Source: a virus
Strand: one strand, 5' to 3'
Virus record (IMG/VR): IMGVR_UViG_3300020198_001494
Location: 1 to 64,000 of that record
DNA: 64,000 bases
Shown here: positions 1 through 11,698 of the stretch, piece after piece
Position numbering within the stretch: the first letter of the stretch is position 1
Layout of the letters: every line of letters starts with the position of its first letter
Notes under the pieces: model-generated
What the model saw: only the letters and a program-made list of their open reading frames with translations
What the model was told of the DNA's origin: nothing
The model's database searches: none
Made by a program: the position numbers and the translations under genes

Positions 1-1543
1 ACTTAAAATCAAATGGCAATCCGGGTGTTGTATTACTAAATGATATCAAATCAGTTAAAGATTTTCCTCCCTCACCAGATATCAAATTTATATTGTTATT
101 ATCTCCACTAATGGCTAGCTCTAGTGGACCACCTTTTGTTTCACCGACATATTCTATTTTAAAACTTATATCTTCATGTATATAGTAAGCATTCTTTAAT
201 CCACTTATCTTTAGTCCTCTTAATATTAAGCCTTCGTATGATTTAGATTTTATCTCTAATTTTTTTACTATTTTTGTATCTTTATTTGTAGTATAATTTC
301 CAGGTGGACTAAAAGTTATAGTAACATTATTTCTATCTTTTTCTCTATATTTATATAATACTTTTACACTTCCACCACTACTAGGTATTTCATTTGTAGG
401 TACATCCCTTCTAACTATACCTAATCGAGTAACGTCTGATATAGAAGTAACAATATCATAATCCTCTTTTAATGTATAAGTAATACTACCATCTAAACTT
501 TTTACTAATATACTATTTAATTCTATTTCTGTTTTTAACAGTAATTTTCTACTAGTGTCCGACAGTGTCACAATTTCTTCAAAATCTTCTATGTCATTTA
601 AGTCGTACTTCAACACTTTTAAAGTAAACCCATAAGTACCGGGTTTACCGGGTGGCGGATCAGATTTTATTTTATCATCTCTAGATACAGAAACTAAATT
701 TGGCTTATCTACAACAAAACTTGGCCACCCTTCCTCTTTTTGTTCTAAATTAGGATTACCATCATCGCCTAAATACTGTAATTTCAAAGAAGGCGACTCA
801 CCATCTTTTATTAGATTAAATGACTGATCAATATAATTTTTTTCATTAATAGTTACACCAGCGAATTCTACTAAAGATAAAAATGCTGGTTTTTGTCGTA
901 CATTTATTTCTAAATCACTAGACTTTACGGAAGGTTGACCTGATTTATAGGCATAAAGAGTATAAGAACCCTCTTCTGATATATTAATTTTATTATTATC
1001 TTTAACGAACCAACCAGTAACATCAGTAACATCAGTAACATCAGTAACATCATTAGTCCGTTTAGTCAACTTAAATATAACTGGATCATCTTTTAGACTG
1101 CCATCTGAATATAAAACTTTAGCACTGATACCTATAGTAGATCCTAAAGAAAAATCTTTAATTGATGCTTCATCAAGTATAACTACACCAACCGATCTAG
1201 CTTTATTTATAGTTACAGTAAAATTTTTAGACTCTAATGATATAGCCCCTTTTTTAACTTCAACTATTATTAATATCTGACTGGGATTACCTACATAATC
1301 TCCAGATAAGCTGAGAATAAACTTACCTCGACGTGAGTCCTCTTCTAGAACAGTAACCTCAGATACACTAAGATTAGAGTTATCTTGACCTACACTAACT
1401 GTAGTAGTGTACCCCCGAGTTTTTAAATCTACATATACTCCTTCAGTTGTTTTTATTGCAAATTCTATACTTTTCTGTTCACCAGCATAAATACTAATAT
1501 CGGTTACACCGCCTGGTCCTATACTTATTTTCTTTTCGTGCAT
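1..1543 (-). CDS. Large Ig-like-domain virion protein, 3'-truncated by window edge (absent from ORF track)
   Basis: ATG at 1543 (MHEKKISIGPGGVTD...) just after the stop of the 3380-aa gene; the frame is open wherever I translated it, including at position 2 (...TTPGLPFDFK); beta-rich with 'VLYSDGS' motif like the upstream Ig-repeat protein. Confidence 0.8.
   Translation of the reverse strand, partial: MHEKKISIGPGGVTDISIYAGEQKSIEFAIKTTEGVYVDLKTRGYTTTVSVGQDNSNLSVSEVTVLEEDSRRGKFILSLSGDYVGNPSQILIIVEVKKGAISLESKNFTVTINKARSVGVVILDEASIKDFSLGSTIGISAKVLYSDGSLKDDPVIFKLTKRTNDVTDVTDVTDVTGWFVKDNNKINISEEGSYTLYAYKSGQPSVKSSDLEINVRQKPAFLSLVEFAGVTINEKNYIDQSFNLIKDGESPSLKLQYLGDDGNPNLEQKEEGWPSFVVDKPNLVSVSRDDKIKSDPPPGKPGTYGFTLKVLKYDLNDIEDFEEIVTLSDTSRKLLLKTEIELNSILVKSLDGSITYTLKEDYDIVTSISDVTRLGIVRRDVPTNEIPSSGGSVKVLYKYREKDRNNVTITFSPPGNYTTNKDTKIVKKLEIKSKSYEGLILRGLKISGLKNAYYIHEDISFKIEYVGETKGGPLELAISGDNNNINLISGEGGKSLTDLISFSNTTPGLPFDFK
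1015..1052. repeat. 9-bp tandem repeat (CAGTAACAT x4), in frame, encodes DVT x4
   Basis: Read directly from sequence. Confidence 0.9.
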
Positions 1544-1549
1544 ATAAAT

Positions 1550-4500
1550 CTATTCCACATAAAAATCTATTCCACCATAACCAGAAGTAATAGATACATG
1601 AAAATTAGCGGATTTATTAATATCTTTAATAGATACTGCCCTAACTATACCAGACTTACCGCTGTTTACCCCCTCAATTAAATTTCCTTGAATTCTAACG
1701 AGACTTTCATTACTTTCATTACTTTTATCAAAAAAAACAAAAGAGTTTATTGTACCGTCAGAATAATAAACATTAGCCCCCAATTCTAAAGTGGCACGAG
1801 AATCTAATGATATAGGATTTGTCGTAGAGCTTTCAATAGATGGCTTAACTTTTATTACCTTAGCTGACCCTTTCGGCCATATTTTACAGACTAAATCGTA
1901 TTTTTTACTTAGATCATCTTTTACAAATATTTCTATATTGACTGTTTCAGGATCAGTAGAAATAGTCATACTTTCATCTATAGTAATATTACCCCCAGAT
2001 ATTTTTATCTTATTTTTATCATATCTATAATCATAGTCTATATTATATTCACTGCCTATAAGCTCTATTAAATTAGTACCAGTTGAATTATTTGAGTATA
2101 AAGCTTTAATATCTATAGGAAGTGTAGAACCAATATCTATCTCTAAGGTATTACTAACTATAAACTCTGATGTAACTGATATAGATTTTGGCCATAACTT
2201 AATATTTACAGGAACATCTAAGTATGGATTTGTTTTACCTGTTTGAGTCAATTTTATATTAGTAACTGTATTTTTAAATTTTGCTCTAAACACAATGTTT
2301 CTTTTAGTAGGATCAACGGAATTGTACTCAGGGCCGGATAGAAATTCTTCTGAAACACTTGCTGCCACATCACCAGACATACTACCATCACTCAAATAAG
2401 TTTTAGCTACTATATCAAATTGTTCATTTGTTTTTGTTACAACGTACTTCGGATTTTGTTCTATATCTATCATATAAGCCTTTTTAGTGTTTCTAGGTAA
2501 TATTTTAACGTTATATACACCGAAAACATTTGTGTCCTTTTCATAAAAGAACCACAATTTTGCTGTATCATCCTCTACATTTATATCTACAATAATATCC
2601 TTTTTTAGATCACTAATTTTACTGCCCATAACAATTACATTATTATCAGCTTTTACTGAACATTTAACTCCTGACATACCTGGGACATATCCAAGATCTT
2701 CCTCTACTGGGAGTACCTTATAGTCATCACTGAGTTTTATTCTAGTCATTTTAACTTTATTAGAGTCATTTTTAAACCCATAAATTATATTATTACCATA
2801 ATATACAAAACTATCTACTTCTATATACTTAACAGTATTGTTAACGCTATATGACATTTTTATAAAACTATCTGTATTATTATCCAATTCGGATATATTT
2901 TTATAAATAGCTAAAACATTTTTACCATTTACTTGTACTAATCCAAACAAATCATCGTTGTTACTTTTAACCACATTAGTTATTGCTTTATCAGTTTTCC
3001 CAAATGGAAATACTGCTTGTGTGTTTATACTAAATAAACAAAACCTGGTATTATTAGTACCATTTACATAAGATAATAATAAAGTCTGACTATCATAATT
3101 AGATATAGATACAATTTTATTAAACTCTACTTGAGGATATAAAACTGAAACTTTATTAATAGAATTAAATTTTATATCAAATATATCAATTTTACTATCA
3201 TCTTTAGTTATCATGTAAAATTTATTTGAGTTAAAAACACCCTCTAAATATTTTCTACCATCTGTGGGAACAAATGGAATTTTATAAAAATCTACAATAC
3301 TAAAATAAATTTCAGGATTGCTAGTATCTGTAAAACTAAATAAACCTATACCTGAGGCATATACTGTAGTAGAAAATTTTTGGTCTGAAATATTTGTACC
3401 AGGATTACTTGTTTCTAAATTAAAACAAAAATCTGGCTCTATCTTAAATTTACCACCCAAATCTGTAACTTTAACATTAGATGATGATTTAATAGTATCA
3501 TTTTTTATTAAATCAGCTAAAGCTACTATCACCTTCCCATAATAATCTCTCACTACAGGTATTAAATCTGAAAAAGTACTTCCTACATCCAATTCCAACA
3601 ATCTTGGATCAAAGCTTATATATTTTGGTTCTTCATTCTGAACTAATACCTCAGCTTTCGCAGTAGACGATGGAATACGTACACTAGCACTAGCGGTTAT
3701 CTTAGCTTCTCCAATACCTAAAGGTATTACAAAAACACCAGTACTACGGTCTATACTTATAGTAGGAGTAGTATTCTCCGACATAGTAGGAGATGTGCTT
3801 GACCATGTGACAGGACCGGCTATCCCCCTTCCATTACGTATCACTGCCCCATCACTATAAGCCACTGTAGCAACAAGTTCAGTTAGGCGTTTAGTTACTA
3901 GATCTATAATACCAGATCCAGTATCATCATCTATAAAAACATAAAATACAGAAAGACCAGATGTCACCCCAACTGGAAAAATAGCCTTAACAGAATTATC
4001 GTGCTTAGCGGCATAAGTTATTTCGGTATCTGATGAACTTAAACTTATTCCTTTTATTTTTCCAGTATTATCTGCCAATAAATTAATACTAGATATATTT
4101 AACACATCCACGGCGGAATCTATATAATCTGAATCAGTGCTTAAAAATTTAGAATAAAAAACCTCAAAGGTAGCGTATAAAGTAACTCCTGGATTTATTT
4201 CTCTTCTTTCAAAATTTCCTGTGTCTAGTTTAGGTATACCCCTAATTTTTAGATCCTTAACAAAAATTATATCAAAATTAATTATACAAGCAGTAGCCTC
4301 AGGGTAATCCTTAGAATATATAATAGATTTTACTCTCTTACTTATAAGAGGATTTGGGGCCGATACATTATTTATTTTAAACCAATCCTTTCCCAAAACT
4401 GTATCTTCAGTAGTTTTATCAAAGGACAAATATTTTGGAATTTTAGTTTCTTTATAGGAATAAGAAACATTTATAGCATCAGAGGAATTTATCCCAATAG

Positions 4501-7500
4501 ATGTATTTTTATCTTTTGATAAAGTTATAATGCTCCCGTCAATTGATAAACCAGCTAAGACATAATCTTTTTCTTTAGTAGTATTAGTTACTTTATTTAT
4601 ATTAAGTCCTTCTAATGTTGAAATTCTATCTAATTTCAATTTATATAAATTAACGTCAAAAACTTTAGCTGTTTCAATTTTAGGGGGTTTTCTTTCAGTA
4701 CTACCTGCATCAGATGTTGTTATATCTTTACTATCTTCATCAACGTATATTATCTCTATTTTACTAAAATCAGCTACAGTATCAAAACTCCCGTTTGATT
4801 TTTGAATGCTAAGCGATGGTTTATACTTATCTTTTTGCCTTAACGTTACTTTATCATCAATAGACGTAACCTGAAATGGTACTATATTAGGAGTTGTACT
4901 TATTATAATTGTTATAGTCTTATCTAAAATTAACGATTTAGCGGTTATTGTGCTTGTGCCCTCTTTTATGCCTAACATGGTACCGCTAGAATCTATAGTA
5001 ACAACTGTCGTATCTGAACTTGTAAATGTAATATACTCTCTATCTTGAATTCTATCTATATTATCTTCATAGCTTCCATAATCATGATATATACTAATTG
5101 GTACGTTTACCCCAATAGTAAGCGGTATTGAATTACTGTTATATCTACTTACTAGATCGGTACCGTCAGGATAAGTAACAATCTGTAAAGTAGTTTGTAT
5201 ATTTTCTGGTAAAACTTTTGCTGTTAATGTTGCCTTACCTTTTAATGCAGTTGCAGATATTTTGTTTTTACTAGTAATATCCTGTATAATAATTTGTGAA
5301 TTATTTGGATTTGTAATAATAAAATCTACTCCAATTCCTGTATCTACTGATGAATCATCATTATAGAATATAGTAGGTATATATGTTACTGCCGTATTTG
5401 TTTTTTGGAAACCTACTAATTTCTCTACCCTTTGCTCAATTGGTGTACTAGAATCACCGGATAAGAATTTTATACTTTCAATTATTTTAGATATCCCTTC
5501 TAAATCTAATCTAGAAGTAAAATGTCTAAACCCATCCACATCTATTATAGCTTTTATAAAAAATTTCTCTGTTTTTAAAACTTTAAGTTTAAAGGTATGT
5601 GGAGTGTCCTCAACAACTACAGCTACTTCTGGATCAGATGTTTCAAATTTTATATTAGGGTATAAATCTTTAGAAATTTCCCCATGTTTAGTCAGTACTT
5701 TAATATTTATATCTACCTTATAATTTCCAGTAGGATCTGCTACAATTCTTTGTCTTGCTATACTAATTTCTATCCCAGTATACACAACATTAACTGTTAC
5801 AGGTAATGTTTTAGTTATATTATCCATATTCAAAGTGAGAGTAACCGGAGTATCTTTTAGGGATGGCAATAAAGAATAGATATTAGGGCCTTGCCCGACA
5901 GCCATAGTATCATTACTACTAGACCACAAACCACCGGCTAAACTAGTAACAGCAGTACTATCTACAGCATTTATAATTATCTTTCTTATAATATTATTTA
6001 CTGAATCAGAAACGTAAAGTGAACTACCGTCTTTAGAAATTACAATACCACGAGGGTAAGAAAACTTAGACTCCTCTTTCTTACCATTTATAAACCCATT
6101 TCCATTACCAGCAAAATTAGATAATACATTACTAGAGGACATTTTTCTAATAACACAATTATTAGTATCAGATATATAAAGTATACCAGTGCTTGATATC
6201 ACTAAATCATTTATGTTATAAAAACTGTAATTATCAGGTATCTCAAATAAATTACCGCCAAATGTATATGTCAAAATAGTTACATTTCCACTAACATCTA
6301 TTTTCTTTATATTATTACTTCCGGCATCAGCTACATACATCAAATCAGAATTACTTATAGTTAATCCCACTGGATACATAAACTTAGCAGATGATCCAAC
6401 GCCTGCTAAATTACCTGGCTCTGAAGATCCTGCAAAATCTGATATATTAGATACAGAACCAGACAGAAAAGATATTTTTCTTATCTTATAGTTATAGCTA
6501 TCTGCTACATATAAATTACCTAAGCTATCAAATGCTAAACCTCTTGGGTTATTAAAAATACCTTTAGGATCTAAACTATCAATTTGAGTAGTTACTATAT
6601 TACTAGAACCCTGTAATCCATTTCCTAAAATAGTAGTTACGTTACCATTAATATCTATTTCTCTTATTGCGTGATTTCCTGTGTCTGATACGTAAATTTT
6701 ATTATCTTTTACTACTACTCCTTCTGGCTTATTAAATTCTGCTAATATACTATTACCGTCTTTTAATCCTGCTGTACCGCTTCCTGCAACAGTAGTTACT
6801 AAACCAGCTACAGTTATCTTTCTTATGACATTATTATCTGTATCACAAACAATTAAATTACCATCAACATCAATTGCTAAGCCAGTAGGGTTTTTAAAAA
6901 TAGCTTTTATTCCAGATGATGAATCTAAATACCCCTCATTTTTTAGAGGATTGTGAGTACCATCCGTATACCACACCTCACTAAACCAAATATCACTAGA
7001 TAAAGACTCTGTAGACGATTTTTCATTTAAAGTTAAGTAAACGGGAAGTTTAACTCCTGAAATTTCTTTAAAAGTGGGTGGAAGTATGTCTACGTATAAA
7101 ATTAAAACCTTGGAAGTATCTTGTTTTGAGGATACAACCAATCTTGTTGGGCTCTCTGTAACTTGTGTGCCACATATTACAGCGCCGTCTCCTAAAATTT
7201 CTACTAAGGGGGGGTTATTTGGATCAGTTACTAAAAACCTTTTGTCCCTTGTACCGTCTGTATACACAACATCTACATCAAGCGGTATATATTTATCTTG
7301 GCTTATTTTAATTTTATCATATTGAGAAGACCCAATAGTAACCTTATCAGTAACATTCAATACTTCTAAATGATCTACCGGAACTAATATACTAAAATCT
7401 AAATATTTTATAACACTTGAATTTTTCTTAGATCTAATAAAAATGGGTACTAACTGTGGCTTATTAAATGTAACAGAAAAATTATTTATAGTAGATTTTG

Positions 7501-10500
7501 GTAAAGACCCCGTATTTACAATCTCTCCTATAGTAAAATCAGCTATTACCGTTGATGTTGTACTGTTACTAATCCACAATTTGGGATTTAATGTAACAGT
7601 ATCAGAAGGATTACCGCCACCGGCTATATGTAATTTTTCTTTTTCAATATCTATTACAGAACGTCCTTTAGTAACATTTACAGTCATAAAAAACGGTAAA
7701 GAGCTTCCTTTAGGCATTATGGTAACTGGAAATTCTAAATAAGTGTCTGGATCTACTCTTGCTGCTATTTTTACTTTAGCTTTAGATTTTGATACGTCTA
7801 CTGAAAACAAAGTTTTCTTGTCACTAGATAAAATATACAACATCTTATCAGCGGTATATGTATAATAATTGTTTTTAGCTAAATTTCCCAATTTTAGTTT
7901 ATTTTTAACTAAAGAGTACTTAGATGAGTCTACACTATCAATAGCTAATTCAAACCCTGACGTTATTATAACAGTGTTACTATTAGTAAGTTTAGCTAAG
8001 TTCCTTCCCGCAGGTTTATTTGGATCTAACCAATAAGAGGCCCCATCCTGGGTAACCCCACAGATACCTCCATCCCCGGATCTATTCATGACGATCCATG
8101 GCTTCTGGTTAGTATTATTAAACGTTAATAAATTAGCTAACGCATAGTCTAACGTATTATCTGCTACCTTTACTTTACTCTTAAGAGAAATTCTAGATAG
8201 TCCTGTATCTCTTGATATATACAAATAATTATCAAAGAACACACCAGAAAGTATTCTACCATTAACCGTCCCCCACTTAACGAAACTTTCCTGATCATTT
8301 AACTTATAAAGCTCTGTTTTAGCGTTAGTAGAATTTCCTATATGTTTATAAAGGATTACTTTATCTGAACTAATACCAATTATACCACTGATACTTAAGG
8401 GAGCATTTTTAAATAATTTAAAATTATTTTCTGTAATCCTCATTACATCTGTTATAATAGTGCCTATATAGCCGTAAACTCCACCGTCCTGATCTGCTGA
8501 TATTCCTTGTAGCTCAAAAGCACTTATAAACATCTTAGACATAGTGGCTGCAATTTTAGCTATAATTGTTTTATTAGTGCCTGTAGTATCTAAAATTAAC
8601 ATGTCTTCAGATACATTACTAAACACTACATCAGTATTTTTAGTGCCATCTTTAAATAAAACTTCACTATTAATAGTAAAAGTAGAGTCTACATCAAGGT
8701 AAAGATCTTGTTCTAGTGGATTCCATGGTATATCTTTAACTGATATACTAAGAGGGCCATCTACCTCAACAGGAATATATTTTACTAAATCCTGATTATA
8801 TTTAGCGATAACCTTTAAATCTACTATACCAGACCTGCCGGGTATTAATAGTCCATTAGATCCAACACTAACTATTCTAGTATCACCGGAAACCCAAGAT
8901 ACATTACTATCATCCCCAACGACATTTGAAGATCTAGTACCATCAGTATTAATTACAACTAGCCTAATATCAAATTTCTTACTTGATAAAGTACCATATT
9001 TTATTGGTAAACTATCTAAATTTTGTAGTACTGATAATGAAACTGGAATAGGGTTAGATAAACTTAATGTCAATATAACTTTAACTTTTGATATTATATT
9101 TGTATCATCCCAAGATGTAGCAGTTATCTCTGCTTCTGGAACGCTGTTCTCTGGATAATCAAGAACATTAAAATTTGCTGTAACATCAACACTTCCATCA
9201 CTGTTTACACTTATAGGAAACTTTTCCGGATCACTAGATACCCAATATACTTTTGAATCAGATTGACCAATAGTATACGTAACGGATGCGTGTAATTTTA
9301 TTGTAGACCAACCTGTGGTTTGGTTATATACAATGGGTATACCTGATGCAACACGTTCCGATATAGTAATAGAAACTGGCGCTCTTATTGGTATTACTTT
9401 TACATTCAAATCATAAGTTATAATGTTACCTATGGTATTTTTAGACCTAAATGTTATTTTAGTATCACCGACACTTTTTGCAGTTATTCTTTGATTTGTA
9501 AAATCTATAATCTGGCTATTAGATCCTAAAGTATAGTCAAAATCAGTGTTTAGCCCATCATCATTATATTTAACAAATACTGAAATATCAACAATATCAC
9601 CATTAGTAATAGTTATTTTATCACTAATAACTCTATTTTCTGGCTCTATAACAAAACTTACTGGAAGTGGATTAGTGTCTACTAATAAAGTAGATACTAA
9701 ATTATTTGAATTTAACGGCATTAATGATACAAAACTATACCCCCTCTTTTTTGCCGTTATTACATTACCAGCTATTCCTATAACATAATCACTGTAGCCA
9801 ATAACATCTACCCTACTATCTGTTTGACTATTACTATATAATACAGTAGGGCTAATATCTACTGTACTACCAACCTGCATACTAATATTCTTATTAGGAA
9901 TATTTAAACTTACTGGAACAGCAGAAAATTCAGGCAAAACTTCTGCTGTTAAGTATAAATAAGTAGAATTATCTTTACTGTGTTGTATTTTAAGTATAAC
10001 TTTATTGTTTAAAGGATCCCAATTAGCTATTTTTTCTACTACAGCATCTAGTAAGCTAACTGGTAAAGATAGCGGTTTAACTGTTTCTACGCCACGGGGC
10101 GGTGTTGGAGGATCACTTGTTTCAGGGCTTTGTATTGGTGGGGTAGGAATCACAACAGACCCAATAGAACTTTCAACATTTTCACTGTTTGGTACAGATT
10201 TAAGAATCATGTATATATCTGGTACAGAAAATGCATTATATATATAATATCCATCAGATATATTACCTAAATTTTTAATAACCTTAGATCCGTTTGTGCC
10301 AAAATCTATTCTATTTGCTTTTACTTTTCCACTATTGTTTTTAAACAAATAGAGACTTCCTTCATAATATACTGCTGCATCTGCTGAAATATTACTATCA
10401 ATCTCTGTAGAAACTCTGGATTTGTATTCAAACACTTTTCCAGATTGATTTATCAAATATAGTGTATTAGATGAACCAATAGTCATATATTTAACTGAAT

Positions 10501-11692
10501 GGTTAACGGTAACATCAGATCTAATACTGCCACTTAATTGAAACTCATGTGGACTAAGTATAAAAATATTTGATGTAACACCCCTAGTAGAAAGATATAA
10601 AATATTATCTTTTCCAATAGTCATCCCGGTTAAACGATCTGACAGTATTTTAATATTTACCACACCTATTGAAAGATCATCTGGGTATATATAAAATATT
10701 CTTGTTGTTTCCCCAACCATACTAGAAAAATAGATCCTATCTGGAGGTAAAGAAGCCATGAACTGTATTTGATTAGAATGTTCGTATAATAAATCTAATC
10801 CACCTGACAATGAATATCTGTAAATATTTTTACCTACAGAAACATACAGTTGGCCGTTTATATCTACAATAGAGGTAACGTTTTCTGGTAAATTGTGTGG
10901 ATGATAAACTATATTAGAAGCCGATATAGCGTTTATCGTATTATTTGTAACAGATATAAGATTAGTATCATTAGATATAACACTAACTTTATCTGTGTAA
11001 TCGTCTGTCCATTTAGCTGTAGCATCTAAAAATAAAGAAGATCCAACATCTATTTTTATATTATTACCAGAATCATGATCAAAAGATAAAGTATCATTTT
11101 CTGATTTTTTTATTTTAACACTAATACTTTCTGGTCCTATTACTCTAACCTTATATGTCCAAGATAGATCTGGCAAATTTTTATATTTTACAGCTATCTC
11201 TGATAACCCGTGATGTAAACCAGAAATTTTCTTTACTAATCTATTTAAACTCTGATCTATTAAATCTTCCCCTTTTACTAACCAGCCATCTATATCAAAT
11301 GTAAAATTAGAATACTCACTGTCAAAATGACCATCACTATAAATAATTACCGGATTAAGTATAATATTACTATCATTAACCAAATTTACAGTTTTTGTTT
11401 CAAATGGTCCAAAATTCTCTAACTTTATGTAGGAGGGAAATCTACTAGAACTTACAACTTTTACATTTATATCATCTAAAACATCGCCACTAACTGAACT
11501 TTTAGCTGATATAATTACCCTACCTGGCTCTTTAATGGTTAGTAAACCGCTGCTGTCAACTGATACAACATCAGAATTACTACTAATCCAGTTTAATGTC
11601 TCGGACCCTCCTGGTACAAAGTCAGTTTGTAATTGAAATGTAAATGAACTAGATCTGTTATTTAAAATTAAGGATTGTGGGTAAATTTTCAC
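1550..11692 (-). CDS. Giant (3380 aa) Ig-like (Big_2-type) repeat and NHL beta-propeller protein; putative tail fibre/adhesin
   Basis: Repeated W-x-S-S-[ND]-x-x-V-x-x-V-D-x-x-G and V-x-Y-S-D-G Ig motifs; clear NHL repeats (FNNPRGLAFDSLGNLYVADSYNYKIRKI) at about 5970-6900; lies downstream of spike; GTG start. Confidence 0.8.
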   Translation of the reverse strand: MKIYPQSLILNNRSSSFTFQLQTDFVPGGSETLNWISSNSDVVSVDSSGLLTIKEPGRVIISAKSSVSGDVLDDINVKVVSSSRFPSYIKLENFGPFETKTVNLVNDSNIILNPVIIYSDGHFDSEYSNFTFDIDGWLVKGEDLIDQSLNRLVKKISGLHHGLSEIAVKYKNLPDLSWTYKVRVIGPESISVKIKKSENDTLSFDHDSGNNIKIDVGSSLFLDATAKWTDDYTDKVSVISNDTNLISVTNNTINAISASNIVYHPHNLPENVTSIVDINGQLYVSVGKNIYRYSLSGGLDLLYEHSNQIQFMASLPPDRIYFSSMVGETTRIFYIYPDDLSIGVVNIKILSDRLTGMTIGKDNILYLSTRGVTSNIFILSPHEFQLSGSIRSDVTVNHSVKYMTIGSSNTLYLINQSGKVFEYKSRVSTEIDSNISADAAVYYEGSLYLFKNNSGKVKANRIDFGTNGSKVIKNLGNISDGYYIYNAFSVPDIYMILKSVPNSENVESSIGSVVIPTPPIQSPETSDPPTPPRGVETVKPLSLPVSLLDAVVEKIANWDPLNNKVILKIQHSKDNSTYLYLTAEVLPEFSAVPVSLNIPNKNISMQVGSTVDISPTVLYSNSQTDSRVDVIGYSDYVIGIAGNVITAKKRGYSFVSLMPLNSNNLVSTLLVDTNPLPVSFVIEPENRVISDKITITNGDIVDISVFVKYNDDGLNTDFDYTLGSNSQIIDFTNQRITAKSVGDTKITFRSKNTIGNIITYDLNVKVIPIRAPVSITISERVASGIPIVYNQTTGWSTIKLHASVTYTIGQSDSKVYWVSSDPEKFPISVNSDGSVDVTANFNVLDYPENSVPEAEITATSWDDTNIISKVKVILTLSLSNPIPVSLSVLQNLDSLPIKYGTLSSKKFDIRLVVINTDGTRSSNVVGDDSNVSWVSGDTRIVSVGSNGLLIPGRSGIVDLKVIAKYNQDLVKYIPVEVDGPLSISVKDIPWNPLEQDLYLDVDSTFTINSEVLFKDGTKNTDVVFSNVSEDMLILDTTGTNKTIIAKIAATMSKMFISAFELQGISADQDGGVYGYIGTIITDVMRITENNFKLFKNAPLSISGIIGISSDKVILYKHIGNSTNAKTELYKLNDQESFVKWGTVNGRILSGVFFDNYLYISRDTGLSRISLKSKVKVADNTLDYALANLLTFNNTNQKPWIVMNRSGDGGICGVTQDGASYWLDPNKPAGRNLAKLTNSNTVIITSGFELAIDSVDSSKYSLVKNKLKLGNLAKNNYYTYTADKMLYILSSDKKTLFSVDVSKSKAKVKIAARVDPDTYLEFPVTIMPKGSSLPFFMTVNVTKGRSVIDIEKEKLHIAGGGNPSDTVTLNPKLWISNSTTSTVIADFTIGEIVNTGSLPKSTINNFSVTFNKPQLVPIFIRSKKNSSVIKYLDFSILVPVDHLEVLNVTDKVTIGSSQYDKIKISQDKYIPLDVDVVYTDGTRDKRFLVTDPNNPPLVEILGDGAVICGTQVTESPTRLVVSSKQDTSKVLILYVDILPPTFKEISGVKLPVYLTLNEKSSTESLSSDIWFSEVWYTDGTHNPLKNEGYLDSSSGIKAIFKNPTGLAIDVDGNLIVCDTDNNVIRKITVAGLVTTVAGSGTAGLKDGNSILAEFNKPEGVVVKDNKIYVSDTGNHAIREIDINGNVTTILGNGLQGSSNIVTTQIDSLDPKGIFNNPRGLAFDSLGNLYVADSYNYKIRKISFLSGSVSNISDFAGSSEPGNLAGVGSSAKFMYPVGLTISNSDLMYVADAGSNNIKKIDVSGNVTILTYTFGGNLFEIPDNYSFYNINDLVISSTGILYISDTNNCVIRKMSSSNVLSNFAGNGNGFINGKKEESKFSYPRGIVISKDGSSLYVSDSVNNIIRKIIINAVDSTAVTSLAGGLWSSSNDTMAVGQGPNIYSLLPSLKDTPVTLTLNMDNITKTLPVTVNVVYTGIEISIARQRIVADPTGNYKVDINIKVLTKHGEISKDLYPNIKFETSDPEVAVVVEDTPHTFKLKVLKTEKFFIKAIIDVDGFRHFTSRLDLEGISKIIESIKFLSGDSSTPIEQRVEKLVGFQKTNTAVTYIPTIFYNDDSSVDTGIGVDFIITNPNNSQIIIQDITSKNKISATALKGKATLTAKVLPENIQTTLQIVTYPDGTDLVSRYNSNSIPLTIGVNVPISIYHDYGSYEDNIDRIQDREYITFTSSDTTVVTIDSSGTMLGIKEGTSTITAKSLILDKTITIIISTTPNIVPFQVTSIDDKVTLRQKDKYKPSLSIQKSNGSFDTVADFSKIEIIYVDEDSKDITTSDAGSTERKPPKIETAKVFDVNLYKLKLDRISTLEGLNINKVTNTTKEKDYVLAGLSIDGSIITLSKDKNTSIGINSSDAINVSYSYKETKIPKYLSFDKTTEDTVLGKDWFKINNVSAPNPLISKRVKSIIYSKDYPEATACIINFDIIFVKDLKIRGIPKLDTGNFERREINPGVTLYATFEVFYSKFLSTDSDYIDSAVDVLNISSINLLADNTGKIKGISLSSSDTEITYAAKHDNSVKAIFPVGVTSGLSVFYVFIDDDTGSGIIDLVTKRLTELVATVAYSDGAVIRNGRGIAGPVTWSSTSPTMSENTTPTISIDRSTGVFVIPLGIGEAKITASASVRIPSSTAKAEVLVQNEEPKYISFDPRLLELDVGSTFSDLIPVVRDYYGKVIVALADLIKNDTIKSSSNVKVTDLGGKFKIEPDFCFNLETSNPGTNISDQKFSTTVYASGIGLFSFTDTSNPEIYFSIVDFYKIPFVPTDGRKYLEGVFNSNKFYMITKDDSKIDIFDIKFNSINKVSVLYPQVEFNKIVSISNYDSQTLLLSYVNGTNNTRFCLFSINTQAVFPFGKTDKAITNVVKSNNDDLFGLVQVNGKNVLAIYKNISELDNNTDSFIKMSYSVNNTVKYIEVDSFVYYGNNIIYGFKNDSNKVKMTRIKLSDDYKVLPVEEDLGYVPGMSGVKCSVKADNNVIVMGSKISDLKKDIIVDINVEDDTAKLWFFYEKDTNVFGVYNVKILPRNTKKAYMIDIEQNPKYVVTKTNEQFDIVAKTYLSDGSMSGDVAASVSEEFLSGPEYNSVDPTKRNIVFRAKFKNTVTNIKLTQTGKTNPYLDVPVNIKLWPKSISVTSEFIVSNTLEIDIGSTLPIDIKALYSNNSTGTNLIELIGSEYNIDYDYRYDKNKIKISGGNITIDESMTISTDPETVNIEIFVKDDLSKKYDLVCKIWPKGSAKVIKVKPSIESSTTNPISLDSRATLELGANVYYSDGTINSFVFFDKSNESNESLVRIQGNLIEGVNSGKSGIVRAVSIKDINKSANFHVSITSGYGGIDFYVE

Positions 11693-11698
11693 AAAAGA

